A DNA stretch of 64,000 nucleotides from a virus, in the IMG/VR virus record IMGVR_UViG_3300025646_000012, positions 32,001 to 96,000 of that record; one strand, given 5' to 3'. This document shows positions 1 through 10,414 of this stretch, one piece after another. Position 1 is the stretch's first letter; each line of letters opens with the position of its first letter. The notes beneath the pieces are model-generated. The model saw only the letters and a list, made by a program, of their open reading frames with translations. It did not search any database and had not been told where the DNA came from. The translations under genes and the position numbers were made by a program.

Positions 1-35
1 TTCTGGGAAGATGTTATTGAGGAAATTGAAACTGA

Positions 36-701
36 ATGATCGACATATGTGTTACACATTTTGGTAACAAGTATAGTACAAAATATCTAGATAATTTACA
101 AAATGGAATTGCCAGGAATTACTCTGGCAATTTTAATTTTTTAGTATTATCAGACTGCCCAAATGGTCATTGGGATAAAATAAGTTTTTTTGAAACTGAT
201 AATCCAACAATTATTATGGACATTGATATATTAGTTACTGGTAATTTAGATGAATTAATTAATTATAATGTGCAAGAAAATACCCTTGCTGCATTTCCAA
301 GATGGTGGAGAAATGGCGGTTGTCCTATTAATGGTGGGTTTTATAAAATAAATCCTGGACCAAATATATGGTCCGTAATTGATAAGTTCTATTCGGATCC
401 AGAATTTTGGATTGAATATTATGGTAAGCTTGTAGGAACACCAGGTAAAGGCGAGCAAGATTTTATCAATGACTCAGTATACTATATCAATAAATTACCC
501 GGTCAGTGGTTAGGTATTCATACCGAAGGTTCTAAAAGATATGATCCAAATATAATGAATAAATATTATAATGAATATAATATGCCTTTAATGAAAAAAG
601 ATAAATTTGGTGATCAGGTAAAACTAGTTCACTTTATTTACGATGATAATATGATTGAAAATAAATCACAAATGGTTTTGGATCTTTGGAATACAACGTA
701 A
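36..701 (+). CDS. GT-A fold glycosyltransferase (GT8-like)
   Basis: N-terminal 'FGNKYSTKYLDNL' motif, DxD (DIDI), 'INGGF', 'GEQDFI'; paralog of next gene. Confidence 0.7.
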   Translation: MIDICVTHFGNKYSTKYLDNLQNGIARNYSGNFNFLVLSDCPNGHWDKISFFETDNPTIIMDIDILVTGNLDELINYNVQENTLAAFPRWWRNGGCPINGGFYKINPGPNIWSVIDKFYSDPEFWIEYYGKLVGTPGKGEQDFINDSVYYINKLPGQWLGIHTEGSKRYDPNIMNKYYNEYNMPLMKKDKFGDQVKLVHFIYDDNMIENKSQMVLDLWNTT

Positions 702-1411
702 TTGTAGTAAAATGGGGAACTAAATTCACCCCAGAACATGTAAATAGACTTTATAGAATGGCAAAGCGTAATATAACTTTGCCATTTAATTTTTATTGCT
801 ACACTGAAGATCCAACCGGAATATATGATGAAGTGAATATCATACCACTTGATATATCACTAGAATTAGAAAAATGGTGGTGGAAACTTACATTATTCAG
901 GAAAAATAATTTAGGTAATGGAGTTAATTTATTTTTGGATTTGGACGTAGTAATACAAAGTAATATTGATTATTTTTTTATAAAAGCAAAACATAATAAA
1001 ATAATACTAATATCACAAGATGATGATAACTGGCACATTTTTGCACAATTGAACCATGATCCTAAAACAACCCCGGCATATAATTCTTCTATTATGATTT
1101 GGTATAATAATGAAAATCAGGAAATTTATAAAAAATTTATAGATAATTACAAATTATATACAAAAATTTATTACGGTATTGATAGATTTTTAAGTTACGA
1201 AATATCTTCAACAAAATTTTTAAGTTTAAATAATAGTGATTATTATTATAGAAATTCAATTCGGGAAAATGAAATTTCTGAGAAATTATATTTCATAAGA
1301 TTTCCAGGTGGTAAAACGTTAGTTAATTTTAATAAAAATATACCAATATGTGTATTTAATGGTTGTCATGAAGATTTTTTTTATCAAGGTATGGAAAAGT
1401 TTTTATTATAA
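686..1411 (+). CDS. GT-A fold glycosyltransferase (GT8-like)
   Basis: 'VKWGTKF..EHVNRLYRM..RN', DxD (DLDVVI), 'YNSSIMIW', 'GIDRFL'. Confidence 0.75.
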   Translation: MEYNVIVVKWGTKFTPEHVNRLYRMAKRNITLPFNFYCYTEDPTGIYDEVNIIPLDISLELEKWWWKLTLFRKNNLGNGVNLFLDLDVVIQSNIDYFFIKAKHNKIILISQDDDNWHIFAQLNHDPKTTPAYNSSIMIWYNNENQEIYKKFIDNYKLYTKIYYGIDRFLSYEISSTKFLSLNNSDYYYRNSIRENEISEKLYFIRFPGGKTLVNFNKNIPICVFNGCHEDFFYQGMEKFLL

Positions 1412-1414
1412 ATA
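1407..1414 (+). promoter_or_regulatory. T4-type late promoter TATAAATA
   Basis: Exact TATAAATA about 30 nt upstream of the structural gene at 1445; gp55 is encoded in the window. Confidence 0.7.
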
Positions 1415-1444
1415 GTACAAATCTCTATAATAAAAAGGTCCGAA

Positions 1445-1777
1445 ATGGCACAATATGAAGAATTATATATTGAACAAGGATCCACTTTTCAATATGTTAT
1501 CACTCTATCCAACCCAGCTGGCGGAGCTTTTGATTTAACTTCTTATACAGCAAGATCACAGTTGAAAAGAAGTTATAAATCCGTATCAGCTACAGATTTT
1601 ACAATTACATATCCTAATCGTGCAGCTGGGCAAATTCAGTTAAATTTAACTGATGAAAATACTGCTCTATTAAAACATGGTAATTATGTTTTTGATGTTA
1701 TTATTGAAAGTTCGTCAGGAGAAATTTATAGGGTAATAGAAGGAATTGCTTTTATTGACCCTGGTGTTACAGAATAA
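1445..1777 (+). CDS. virion structural protein (BppU-N/Ig-like baseplate-fibre associated)
   Basis: 'IEQGSTF...FDLTSYTARSQLKR...G.YVFDV...RVIEG....PGVT' pattern of myovirus structural proteins; late promoter. Confidence 0.6.
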   Translation: MAQYEELYIEQGSTFQYVITLSNPAGGAFDLTSYTARSQLKRSYKSVSATDFTITYPNRAAGQIQLNLTDENTALLKHGNYVFDVIIESSSGEIYRVIEGIAFIDPGVTE

Positions 1778-1792
1778 CGAGTGTAACTAGGT

Positions 1793-2947
1793 ATGGTCAA
1801 TAGAATCAATAATAATTTACCACCTTTTCTTGTAAAATCTGAAGATGTAAGTAAAAATAATCTTTTTACCGTATCTAATGTAAATCAAGGTGTTAAATTA
1901 TCAAGTTATGCTTATACTGATAGTACTGGTACTCTTGATACTATTTTGGTTAGTATTTTAAGAAGATTTTTCTATAATGATTCTTCTTTAGCATCTGATA
2001 TTAATATATTAAATATTGGAAAATTTCTTAGTGATTCTACTGGCGTAATAACCGACATTTTAAATTATGATTTTTCTAAAAGATTTATAGAAGGAACGGA
2101 TCCTTCTACAGATCAATTTGTTTATAGTGCCTTAAAAGCCATTCTAGATTCCGCATCACCTATAGATTTTATTAATTTTAACTTTAATAAAACTCTTAAT
2201 GATAATATAACTGTATCAGAAAGATTAAGTTTATCTAAATCCAAACTAGTTGATAGTAGCGTTACTTCTGCTTTAGATCTTCTAGGTATTGATGATGGTA
2301 TTACATATGGATTGAGTAAAGTCTTTAATGATAGCATTAATGTATCTGATCTCTTTACATCTCTTTATGCGGTAGGTAGACAACCTTTAGATTCATCGTC
2401 TATATCAGACGTAAATACCATATCATTTGATAAAGTTAATTTTGATTCTTCCACAATTTCAGAAGATCATATCTATACGCTAGATAAAATTCTAAATGAT
2501 AGTAGTTTTATATCAGAATTATTAGCTAATTCTCTTACAAAACCTTTTTCAGATTCAGAAGAAGCTACTGATCTTATTTCTCTAGAATCACATAAGGTTT
2601 TCTTTGATTCCATAGAATCACCAACCGATTTAATTAATACATTAGCGGTTGTAAAAAATCTTAATGATTCACTTAATCCAAGTGAAATTTTAAATTATAA
2701 TATTGATAAAATAATAACTAGTGAAGTTCTATCTCCTATAGAAATATTAGTTAGAAACTTTTCTAAATCCTTGACTGATAGTTCCTTTGCAACCGATCTT
2801 CCCCAATTGAATTTGAACAAACCAAATTTTGCAGATGATAGCGTTAATATTAGTGATACAGGATTGATTTCTGTCCAAGATTATTTCTTAGAAATATATG
2901 TGTCTGATTTACAACCTTATGTTGAAAAATCAAATACCACTTTCTAA
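1793..2947 (+). CDS. putative virion protein with ~19-aa K-x-L-x-D-S repeats
   Basis: Recurring 'K.L.DS...SD/E' units; located in late structural block. Confidence 0.55.
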   Translation: MVNRINNNLPPFLVKSEDVSKNNLFTVSNVNQGVKLSSYAYTDSTGTLDTILVSILRRFFYNDSSLASDINILNIGKFLSDSTGVITDILNYDFSKRFIEGTDPSTDQFVYSALKAILDSASPIDFINFNFNKTLNDNITVSERLSLSKSKLVDSSVTSALDLLGIDDGITYGLSKVFNDSINVSDLFTSLYAVGRQPLDSSSISDVNTISFDKVNFDSSTISEDHIYTLDKILNDSSFISELLANSLTKPFSDSEEATDLISLESHKVFFDSIESPTDLINTLAVVKNLNDSLNPSEILNYNIDKIITSEVLSPIEILVRNFSKSLTDSSFATDLPQLNLNKPNFADDSVNISDTGLISVQDYFLEIYVSDLQPYVEKSNTTF

Positions 2948-2951
2948 TTTA

Positions 2952-2959
2952 TATAAATA
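2952..2959 (+). promoter_or_regulatory. T4-type late promoter TATAAATA
   Basis: Exact motif upstream of 3007 gene, which has an AGGAG SD. Confidence 0.7.
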
Positions 2960-3006
2960 ACCACATAACCATTCAAATTACCCTAGATATTAGGAGAAAA
3001 ATAAAA

Positions 3007-3450
3007 ATGATAAACGATATCGTTAAACCAAAAGGTAATCTTCAAATTCTTTTGACTGGACCTGATGGTATTGTTAAAACCAATCATAATGTAGATAACC
3101 TAGTTGTAACTACTGGTAAACAGTGGATTGCAGCTCGTATGTATGATTCCGCAGAACCTGCACAAATGTCACATATGGCAGTTGGTACAGATAATACAGC
3201 GGCGGACGTTGCAGATACTACTTTGGCTGTTGAAGCTGCTCGTGTAGCTTTAACTTCAACAACTGTTTCAACTAATACTACTCAGTATGTAGCTTCATTC
3301 CCAGCAGGTACTGGTACTGGTGCTCTTGTTGAAGCTGGTATCTTAAATGACTCTTCAGCTGGTACTCTACTTTGCAGAACTGTGTTCCCAGTTGTTAACA
3401 AAGGTGCTGATGACACTCTATCTATTACCTGGACTATTACAATTAACTAA
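3007..3450 (+). CDS. virion structural protein (tail-fibre/baseplate associated beta-sandwich)
   Basis: 'NLVVTTG...MAVGT....A...DTTL..E...EAGI.N....G.L..R..F..VNK...DTL.ITW.I' family pattern; strong SD. Confidence 0.65.
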   Translation: MINDIVKPKGNLQILLTGPDGIVKTNHNVDNLVVTTGKQWIAARMYDSAEPAQMSHMAVGTDNTAADVADTTLAVEAARVALTSTTVSTNTTQYVASFPAGTGTGALVEAGILNDSSAGTLLCRTVFPVVNKGADDTLSITWTITIN

Positions 3451-3497
3451 TTAATTAATTTAATAAGTAATTGTAATTTATTGGGAGTATAATAGGC

Positions 3498-6400
3498 GTG
3501 ACTAGTATTACATTAAGATCTGTAAAAGGATCACCGCTTACAAATAATGAAGTTGATTCAAACTTTAATAGTCTTAATGTATATAAAGTTGAATTAACTG
3601 ATTCAACAGGATCAATCATTGTTCCTGCTGGTACCACTGCTGAAAGGGATGATAGCCCTGTCAATGGGTATTTAAGGTATAATACCGAGACAGATAAGCT
3701 AGAGGTATATGCAGGAGGTAGTTGGTCCAATATTGGTGAACTTACATCATCAATATCTTATAATACTTCCAATGGTACTTTAACTCTAACAACAAGTGAT
3801 AGTAGTTATACAACTGTCATAAATTTACAACCTTTTACCACTACAAATCTAACCGAAGGTGATAATCAGTACTTTACAACTGCTCGAGCAAGAAACTCTT
3901 TAGTAGCAGGTTCTGGTATTCTATATGATTCTGCTACTGGTGTTATTAGCCAAGGAGAATCACCATTTGATTTATTTGACTCGGCTGATTTTGATATTTC
4001 TTTTGCAGCTAAAACTACAGATGATCTTACTGAAGGTTCTACCAATCTTTATTATGATTCAGCTACAACTGTAACTGTAGCAAGAAATTCTGTAAGTGTT
4101 ACTGATGCAGGTGGTGATGGTAGTTTAACATATAATGCTGGTACTGGTGTTATAACTTATACTGGTCCAAGTGCGTCTGAAGTTAGAGCACATATCTCTG
4201 CAGGCACTGGCGTATCTATTACGGACGGTCAAATATCAATTGGCCAAGCAGTAGCAACAACTAGTGATGTAACCTTTGCGCAGATTACCGGCGATTCAGC
4301 TATTCTTGATGCAATTGCATTTAATGCTCAAACTTTTCCACCAGGCGGTGGAGCTATTCCTGGTACTCTATTCTGGGATTCAGATGAACAAAAAGGTCTT
4401 AGCTTTGTAACAAGAACCCGTGAAGGATTTGTTGGTGCTACTATTAACGTAGGTCAAGAATTACTGGTTTACGTTCATAACCAAACCGGCGAACAAATTA
4501 ATAATGGTGACGTTGTTTATGTCTCTGGTACTGCACATGGTTTACACCCATCAATTACAAAAGCGCAAGCAAACGTAGGTGCACCAGGTCAATTCCTGGT
4601 TGCTACTCAGGACATTGCCGATAATGCTCATGGTTATGTCACCAAATTTGGTTTAGTAAGAGATGTTAATACCGGAGGATTAGTTGCTGGTGATGATATT
4701 TACCTTTCAGCTGACTCAGCTGGTAAATGGACAACTACTTCTGTAACAATTGATAATGGATATCCTGCCCATATAGGTGTAGTTGTTAAGGTTGATTCTT
4801 CAGAAGGTACAATCCTTGTTGATCCTTGGAACGAAAACTTTGAATATCTTCGTATTGAAGATCGTTTAAAAGTAACAGGATCTATTGAAGGTTCAACACT
4901 TTCACTTGACTCAAGTGCTTACTTTACACCAATTGATCAGCTTGTACGTCCTACTTACCTTGAAGGTACTGTATGGTATGACGAAGATGAAAAAGGTTTA
5001 GCTTTCCACGGTCCAGACTCAGAATTTACACATTATATTGACCAAAGAGATTTGGTAAGAGGCCGTAATAGTTCAGGTTCTTTAATTCCAAAAGGTACCC
5101 CAGTTTATACTGATGGTGTACATATTCCAGGTAACCCAGTTCACGGTCACCATCCTTTGATTTATCCTGCCGATGCAGCTGATGCCGCTAAGTACGAAGT
5201 AATTGGTATTACTGCTCATGACATTGCTGATGGTGCACATGGCTGGATAGTTGCACGTGGTTGGATTCAAGGAATTAATACTGCAGGTCTTGTATCTGGT
5301 GATAGATTCCATCTTGCTCCTGGTGGTGGTTTCCAATCTGCTGCACCATCATATCCTAACTATCCAATTGATCTTGGTATTGCTCTTACTGTTGATTCAA
5401 CCGGCGGTGGTGGATCAATCTATGTTGATATTAATAGCCATACCCAAGAACAAATTAGAATTACAGGAGATGGCCGTGTAGATGGAAACTGGACAATTGG
5501 AGGCAACTTAAACGTTGTTGGTACAACAACATCTACAGTTAATCAGTCTGTTACAGTACCAAGTCAATTTATTAGATTGGTTGATGGTAATACAGTTGGA
5601 ACAGGATTTCTTGGTACTACTGGTGCAGGCGGTTTAAATGACGCTACGTTCATTGGAAAATATTTAGGTGACTCTGATCTTTATTATTTTGTACGTATAA
5701 GTGCAATCGATTCTGCAGGTGGTGGTGGAGATACCATTGAATGGGGTATCTCAGACTCTGCTACGATGGGTTATGGTTCACTCTTAGGAGGTTATGGTTA
5801 CGGTCTTGGGTTTGAATCAGATGGCGGTCAAGCTACATGGAAACTTGGGGTAGATGGTACAATTGCACCACTTAGAAATGGTATCTCTATCCAGTTTATT
5901 AACTCTACCGGACACAAAGACTCAGATGAATGGGTAGCTAATCCAGTAGAGATTAATCTTGATCTTGGTCTAATTGGTAACTATAACCCAACTGGACCGG
6001 GCGGCTTAAGATATACTGGTATATTTAGAGATGTTACAGATAGCCGTTGGAAATTCTTTGAAGGCTATGATTCCTCAATTGATTCATCAACAACTATAAT
6101 TAATACATCTAATCCAGGTTTTACTTTATCTGATGTTCAAGCTGGTACATTCTACGGTGCACTAAGCGGTAATGCATCAAGTGCAACTACTGCTACACAA
6201 CTTACAACCGGTAGAACATTTAGCCTAACTGGGGATATTACTGCAACTGGCGTATCCTTTGATGGTACTGGAAACGTACAACTTACTACAGTATATAATC
6301 CAGGTTCTATTGTAAATGACGATATTAATGCTTCTGCAGCAATTGCTGATACAAAACTTGCTACAATCAGTAGTTCAGGTAAAGTTCAGAACTCAGCAAC

Positions 6401-8006
6401 TACTGCTACAAATGCAAACACAGCTTCAGCAATTGTAGCAAGAGATGCATCAGGTAACTTCTCTGCAGGTACAATTACCGCAGATATTAATAGAGACGCG
6501 TTTACAACAGTAACCGCTGGAGTATACGGTTCTGCTGCACTAGTACCAGTTATTACAGTAGATGCAAACGGCTTTATTGATAGTATTGGTGAAGTTTCAG
6601 TTGCAGGTGTTTCAGCAACAACATTTGATTCTGCGACTGCTACATACACAATCTCTACCGCAGATGGTGGTTCTTATGCAACAAGAGTATATTCACAAGA
6701 ATTAACAAGAACAGCGGTTAGTGCTGGTACTGGTATAACTTATAGTAGCTCAACAGGTGTTATTGCAACAAATGATGGAGCTATTGTTCACGATAACCTA
6801 TCAGGTTTTGTTTCCAACGAACACATAGATCACTCTACTGTTTCAATTACTGCAGGTGCTGGTTTAACCGGCGGTGGCACAATTGCAGCAACAAGAACTC
6901 TTAATATTGGTGCTGGTACTGGTATCACAGTTAATGCAGATGATATTGCAATTAGTAATACTGGTGTGGTTGCAGCAACATATGGCGATTCATCAACAAT
7001 CCCAAGAATTACTGTTAATGCTCAAGGTCAAATTACGGCTGTAGTGGGAGCAACTGTTAATATTCCTCCTGGTTATGGTGATGCTGATGTTGATGCGCAT
7101 CTATCCGGTGGTACTGGTATTACCTATAGTGCAGGTGTAATCAGTACTAATGATGGGCAAATTATTCACGATAACCTATCAGGTTTTGTATCTGATGAAC
7201 ACGTAGCTCACTCTGGAGTTACCATTACGGCTGGTTCCGGTTTAACTGGTGGTGGTACAATTGCTGCCTCAAGAACACTAAATGTTGGCGCCGGTTCTTA
7301 TATTATAGTTAATGCTGACGATGTTGCTGTAGATGCTACATCTGCTAATACTGCCTCAAAGGTTGTGGCAAGAGATGCTTCCGGAAACTTCTCTGCAGGA
7401 ACAATTACTGCGACTCTTACAGGTAATGCTTCTACCGCAACTACCCTACAAACGGCTAGAACAATTGGTGGTGTATCATTTGATGGTTCTGCTAATATCA
7501 ACTTACCGGGTGTTAATACAACAGGTAACCAGAATACTACAGGTAACGCAGCTTCAGCTACATATGCATCAGCTGTAACATTAACCGCAGATAATAGTAC
7601 TGATGCAACTAACTATCCTTTATTTGCAAATGCTGCTACTGGTAACCTATCACCAAGAACCGATACTGGGTTAACATATAATCCATCAACTGGTGTATTA
7701 ACATCCACAACATTTACTGGTGCATTAAGCGGAAATGCTTCTACCGCTACTGCATTACAAACGGCTAGAACTATCGGTGGGGTAAGCTTTGATGGTACTG
7801 CCAATATTAACTTGCCTGGAGTTAATACTACTGGTAACCAAAACACAACTGGTACTGCTGCAGGTATTACCGGATATAGTGGAACATATTGGACTTCTAA
7901 TAACGACGGTGCCGGTACTGGTCTTGATGCAGATTTACTTGATGGTCAACATGGATCTTACTATCGTATCGATGTTTATAACGCGGCAGGTACATTATTG
8001 AACTGA
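3498..8006 (+). CDS. long tail fibre / receptor-binding protein
   Basis: 1502 aa, Gly/Thr/Ser/Ala-rich, internal repeats, 'TTDDLTEGSTNLY', C-terminal 'GLDADLLDGQHGSYY'; upstream of neck genes. Confidence 0.85.
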   Translation: MTSITLRSVKGSPLTNNEVDSNFNSLNVYKVELTDSTGSIIVPAGTTAERDDSPVNGYLRYNTETDKLEVYAGGSWSNIGELTSSISYNTSNGTLTLTTSDSSYTTVINLQPFTTTNLTEGDNQYFTTARARNSLVAGSGILYDSATGVISQGESPFDLFDSADFDISFAAKTTDDLTEGSTNLYYDSATTVTVARNSVSVTDAGGDGSLTYNAGTGVITYTGPSASEVRAHISAGTGVSITDGQISIGQAVATTSDVTFAQITGDSAILDAIAFNAQTFPPGGGAIPGTLFWDSDEQKGLSFVTRTREGFVGATINVGQELLVYVHNQTGEQINNGDVVYVSGTAHGLHPSITKAQANVGAPGQFLVATQDIADNAHGYVTKFGLVRDVNTGGLVAGDDIYLSADSAGKWTTTSVTIDNGYPAHIGVVVKVDSSEGTILVDPWNENFEYLRIEDRLKVTGSIEGSTLSLDSSAYFTPIDQLVRPTYLEGTVWYDEDEKGLAFHGPDSEFTHYIDQRDLVRGRNSSGSLIPKGTPVYTDGVHIPGNPVHGHHPLIYPADAADAAKYEVIGITAHDIADGAHGWIVARGWIQGINTAGLVSGDRFHLAPGGGFQSAAPSYPNYPIDLGIALTVDSTGGGGSIYVDINSHTQEQIRITGDGRVDGNWTIGGNLNVVGTTTSTVNQSVTVPSQFIRLVDGNTVGTGFLGTTGAGGLNDATFIGKYLGDSDLYYFVRISAIDSAGGGGDTIEWGISDSATMGYGSLLGGYGYGLGFESDGGQATWKLGVDGTIAPLRNGISIQFINSTGHKDSDEWVANPVEINLDLGLIGNYNPTGPGGLRYTGIFRDVTDSRWKFFEGYDSSIDSSTTIINTSNPGFTLSDVQAGTFYGALSGNASSATTATQLTTGRTFSLTGDITATGVSFDGTGNVQLTTVYNPGSIVNDDINASAAIADTKLATISSSGKVQNSATTATNANTASAIVARDASGNFSAGTITADINRDAFTTVTAGVYGSAALVPVITVDANGFIDSIGEVSVAGVSATTFDSATATYTISTADGGSYATRVYSQELTRTAVSAGTGITYSSSTGVIATNDGAIVHDNLSGFVSNEHIDHSTVSITAGAGLTGGGTIAATRTLNIGAGTGITVNADDIAISNTGVVAATYGDSSTIPRITVNAQGQITAVVGATVNIPPGYGDADVDAHLSGGTGITYSAGVISTNDGQIIHDNLSGFVSDEHVAHSGVTITAGSGLTGGGTIAASRTLNVGAGSYIIVNADDVAVDATSANTASKVVARDASGNFSAGTITATLTGNASTATTLQTARTIGGVSFDGSANINLPGVNTTGNQNTTGNAASATYASAVTLTADNSTDATNYPLFANAATGNLSPRTDTGLTYNPSTGVLTSTTFTGALSGNASTATALQTARTIGGVSFDGTANINLPGVNTTGNQNTTGTAAGITGYSGTYWTSNNDGAGTGLDADLLDGQHGSYYRIDVYNAAGTLLN
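6395..7860 (+). repeat. internal direct repeats in tail-fibre gene
   Basis: Two copies each of HDNLSGFVS.EH..HS...TAG.GLTGGGTIAA.RTLN, ANTAS..VARDASGNFSAGTITA and GNASTAT.LQTARTIGGVSFDG.ANINLPGVNTTGNQNTTG. Confidence 0.85.
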
Positions 8007-8033
8007 TAAATACTTAAAAAAGGATTTAATATA

Positions 8034-8789
8034 ATGGCTGTAGTCAGTTCAAGACAAGGACTTATAGATCATTGCCTAAGAAGATTAGGTGCTCCTGTAA
8101 TTGAAATTAACGTCGATGATGATCAAATTGAAGATCGCGTTGATGATGCATTACAATTTTATCAGGAATATCATTCTGATGCAACATCTAGAATCTATTA
8201 TGCTTATCAATTTACTCAAGCAGATTTAGATAACGCATATATCACATTACCGGATAATACCTTATTTGTTATTCGTGCGTTACCTCTTACTCAATCATAT
8301 GCAGCATCTAGAAGTTTCTTTGATGTAAAATATCAGTTAATGTTAAATGATATGGCACAAATGGGAACTTATATTGGTGATCTTGCTTATTACGAGCAAA
8401 TGCAGCAATATATTTCCTTACTTGATAGACAATTAAGTGGTATGCCACAGGTTTCATATCGCAGACATCAAAATAGATTGCTTTGGTATAGTGATATGAA
8501 TGACCAAGATATTAGAGTTAATGATTATATTGTTTTGGAAATGTACACTATAATTGATCCACAAACTCATACCAAAATCTATAATGATATGTTTGTAAAA
8601 GATTATACAACCCAGCTAATTAAACAACAGTGGGGTGCCAATCTTATCAAGTTTGAGGGTATGCAACTTCCCGGTGGTGTTACATTAAATGGTAGACAAC
8701 TCTACGATGATGCTACTTCAGAAATAGCAACATTAAGAGAAAATATGAGATTGGAACACGAACTCCCGCCTGATTTCTTTGTGGGTTAA
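8034..8789 (+). CDS. gp13: neck protein
   Basis: 'CLRRLGAPVIEINVDDDQ', 'KQQWGANLIKF.GMQLPGGVTLNG', T4 synteny. Confidence 0.92.
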   Translation: MAVVSSRQGLIDHCLRRLGAPVIEINVDDDQIEDRVDDALQFYQEYHSDATSRIYYAYQFTQADLDNAYITLPDNTLFVIRALPLTQSYAASRSFFDVKYQLMLNDMAQMGTYIGDLAYYEQMQQYISLLDRQLSGMPQVSYRRHQNRLLWYSDMNDQDIRVNDYIVLEMYTIIDPQTHTKIYNDMFVKDYTTQLIKQQWGANLIKFEGMQLPGGVTLNGRQLYDDATSEIATLRENMRLEHELPPDFFVG

Positions 8790-8791
8790 TT

Positions 8792-9667
8792 ATGGCTACA
8801 AACCATTATTTTAATCAAGGTACAACCACAGAACAACTTCTGTATGAAGATATTGTCATTGAATCTTTAAAGATCTTTGGCCAAGATGTTGTGTATCTTC
8901 CCAGAGAATTAACTAATAAAGATACCATTTTTAATGATGATTCCATTTCTAAATTTACAAAATATAATAAAATAGAAATGTATATTGAAAATATAGAAGG
9001 TTTTGATGGAGAAGGTGATCTATTTACAAAATTTGGTGTAGAGATTCGTGATGAAGCTTCCTTTATTGTATCAAGACGTCGTTGGAATAGATTAGTAAAA
9101 TCAGAAAATAATCCAATTCAATTTTATAGACCTAGGGAAGGAGATTTAATTTATCTTCCTTTATCTAGATCAATTTTTGAAATTCAAAAAGTTGAAACTG
9201 AATCGCCTTTTTATCAATTAAAAAATCTTCCAGTATTTAGATTAAGAGCTAGCCTGTTTGAATACAATGATGAAGATTTTGATACGGGAATTGATGCAAT
9301 TGATACGGTTGAGTCTGTAGGTGCTTATCAAAATGCCCTTACTCTATCAACAACACCAATGTCATTCATTGTTGGTGAAACCGTTACACAAACACTTGCA
9401 AGTGGTGTTGTAATGAGAGGTGAAGTTACCGAAAAGAATGATTCCGATAGTATTCTATATATTGCGCACATAGGATCAAATGATGGTACATTTGGTCAGT
9501 TTACCACTGGAACCATTATTGGATCAACTTCTTCTGCTACTGCTACTGTAACTGCTGTAGGCGAAAGAAATAATATTGATCCGAATAATCAAAATTCAAT
9601 CTTCAGTAATATTGATTTTATAGATTTTAGTGAAACAAATCCATTTGGAGATCCTAATATTACATAA
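8792..9667 (+). CDS. gp14: neck protein / head closure
   Basis: 'EQLLYEDIVIES', 'KFGVEIRDE', 'RPREGDLIY.P', 'DFSE.NPFG'. Confidence 0.92.
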   Translation: MATNHYFNQGTTTEQLLYEDIVIESLKIFGQDVVYLPRELTNKDTIFNDDSISKFTKYNKIEMYIENIEGFDGEGDLFTKFGVEIRDEASFIVSRRRWNRLVKSENNPIQFYRPREGDLIYLPLSRSIFEIQKVETESPFYQLKNLPVFRLRASLFEYNDEDFDTGIDAIDTVESVGAYQNALTLSTTPMSFIVGETVTQTLASGVVMRGEVTEKNDSDSILYIAHIGSNDGTFGQFTTGTIIGSTSSATATVTAVGERNNIDPNNQNSIFSNIDFIDFSETNPFGDPNIT

Positions 9668-10371
9668 TGAAAATTTTATTATATCAATATTTTGATCCAC
9701 CAATAAATTTTAATAAAAATTATTGGGATTATTCAATTTCATCTATTAAAAAATATGCGGAAAAAATAGATGTTGAATATGAATTTATATCAGGGGGAGC
9801 ACCTTATCACCCTCAGTATGGTATACTAATACCTTTTATAGAAAGATGGTGTGATGATTATGATTTGTTAATTTATGTTGACTGTGATATATTAGCAACT
9901 TCAAATAGTAAAAATATTGTTGAATATGTAAATTTTGAAAATATTAATATAAATCATATGAATACAGGCCCTCTTATAGTAGATCCAATTGAATCACAAA
10001 GCCCTTGGTTTGAAGACGGTCATGCAAATTCTGGTGTTGTTGTATTTCCTAAAAAAATCTATTTAGATTTTATTAATTATTTGGGTAATTTAAAACACCA
10101 TTGGGCTAGAGATAAACTTAATGGTAATTTTAATGCTCCTAACACTTTCGGCGGTGGTGATCAACAAATTTTAAATATGTACGCAAAAGAAAATAATAGA
10201 AAACTATCAAACTTACATTATGATTTTAATTTTCACATGTCAAGATATGATCAAAGTCAAAGATTTTGTAGTTCATTAATACATTATCACGGTGGTTTAT
10301 CCAAGCGAAGAAATAATAATAATAGAAAATTAATGATAGAAGATTATTTCTGTGATAAAATATTAAAATAG
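9667..10371 (+). CDS. GT-A glycosyltransferase (GT8/GT34-like) inserted between gp14 and gp15
   Basis: 'YAEKI', DxD (VDCDIL), 'NSGVV', 'GDQQILN', 'IHYHG'; very AT-rich. Confidence 0.7.
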   Translation: MKILLYQYFDPPINFNKNYWDYSISSIKKYAEKIDVEYEFISGGAPYHPQYGILIPFIERWCDDYDLLIYVDCDILATSNSKNIVEYVNFENININHMNTGPLIVDPIESQSPWFEDGHANSGVVVFPKKIYLDFINYLGNLKHHWARDKLNGNFNAPNTFGGGDQQILNMYAKENNRKLSNLHYDFNFHMSRYDQSQRFCSSLIHYHGGLSKRRNNNNRKLMIEDYFCDKILK

Positions 10372-10414
10372 ATTTTTATTTTGATAAATATATTAATAAC
10401 CTGGAGTTAAATTA

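Noticed and set aside
6395-7860. Repeats in the tail fibre as DGR template/variable repeats or a CRISPR array
   Set aside because: The repeats are in-frame protein modules differing largely at synonymous positions; no adenine-specific pattern, reverse transcriptase or regular spacers.
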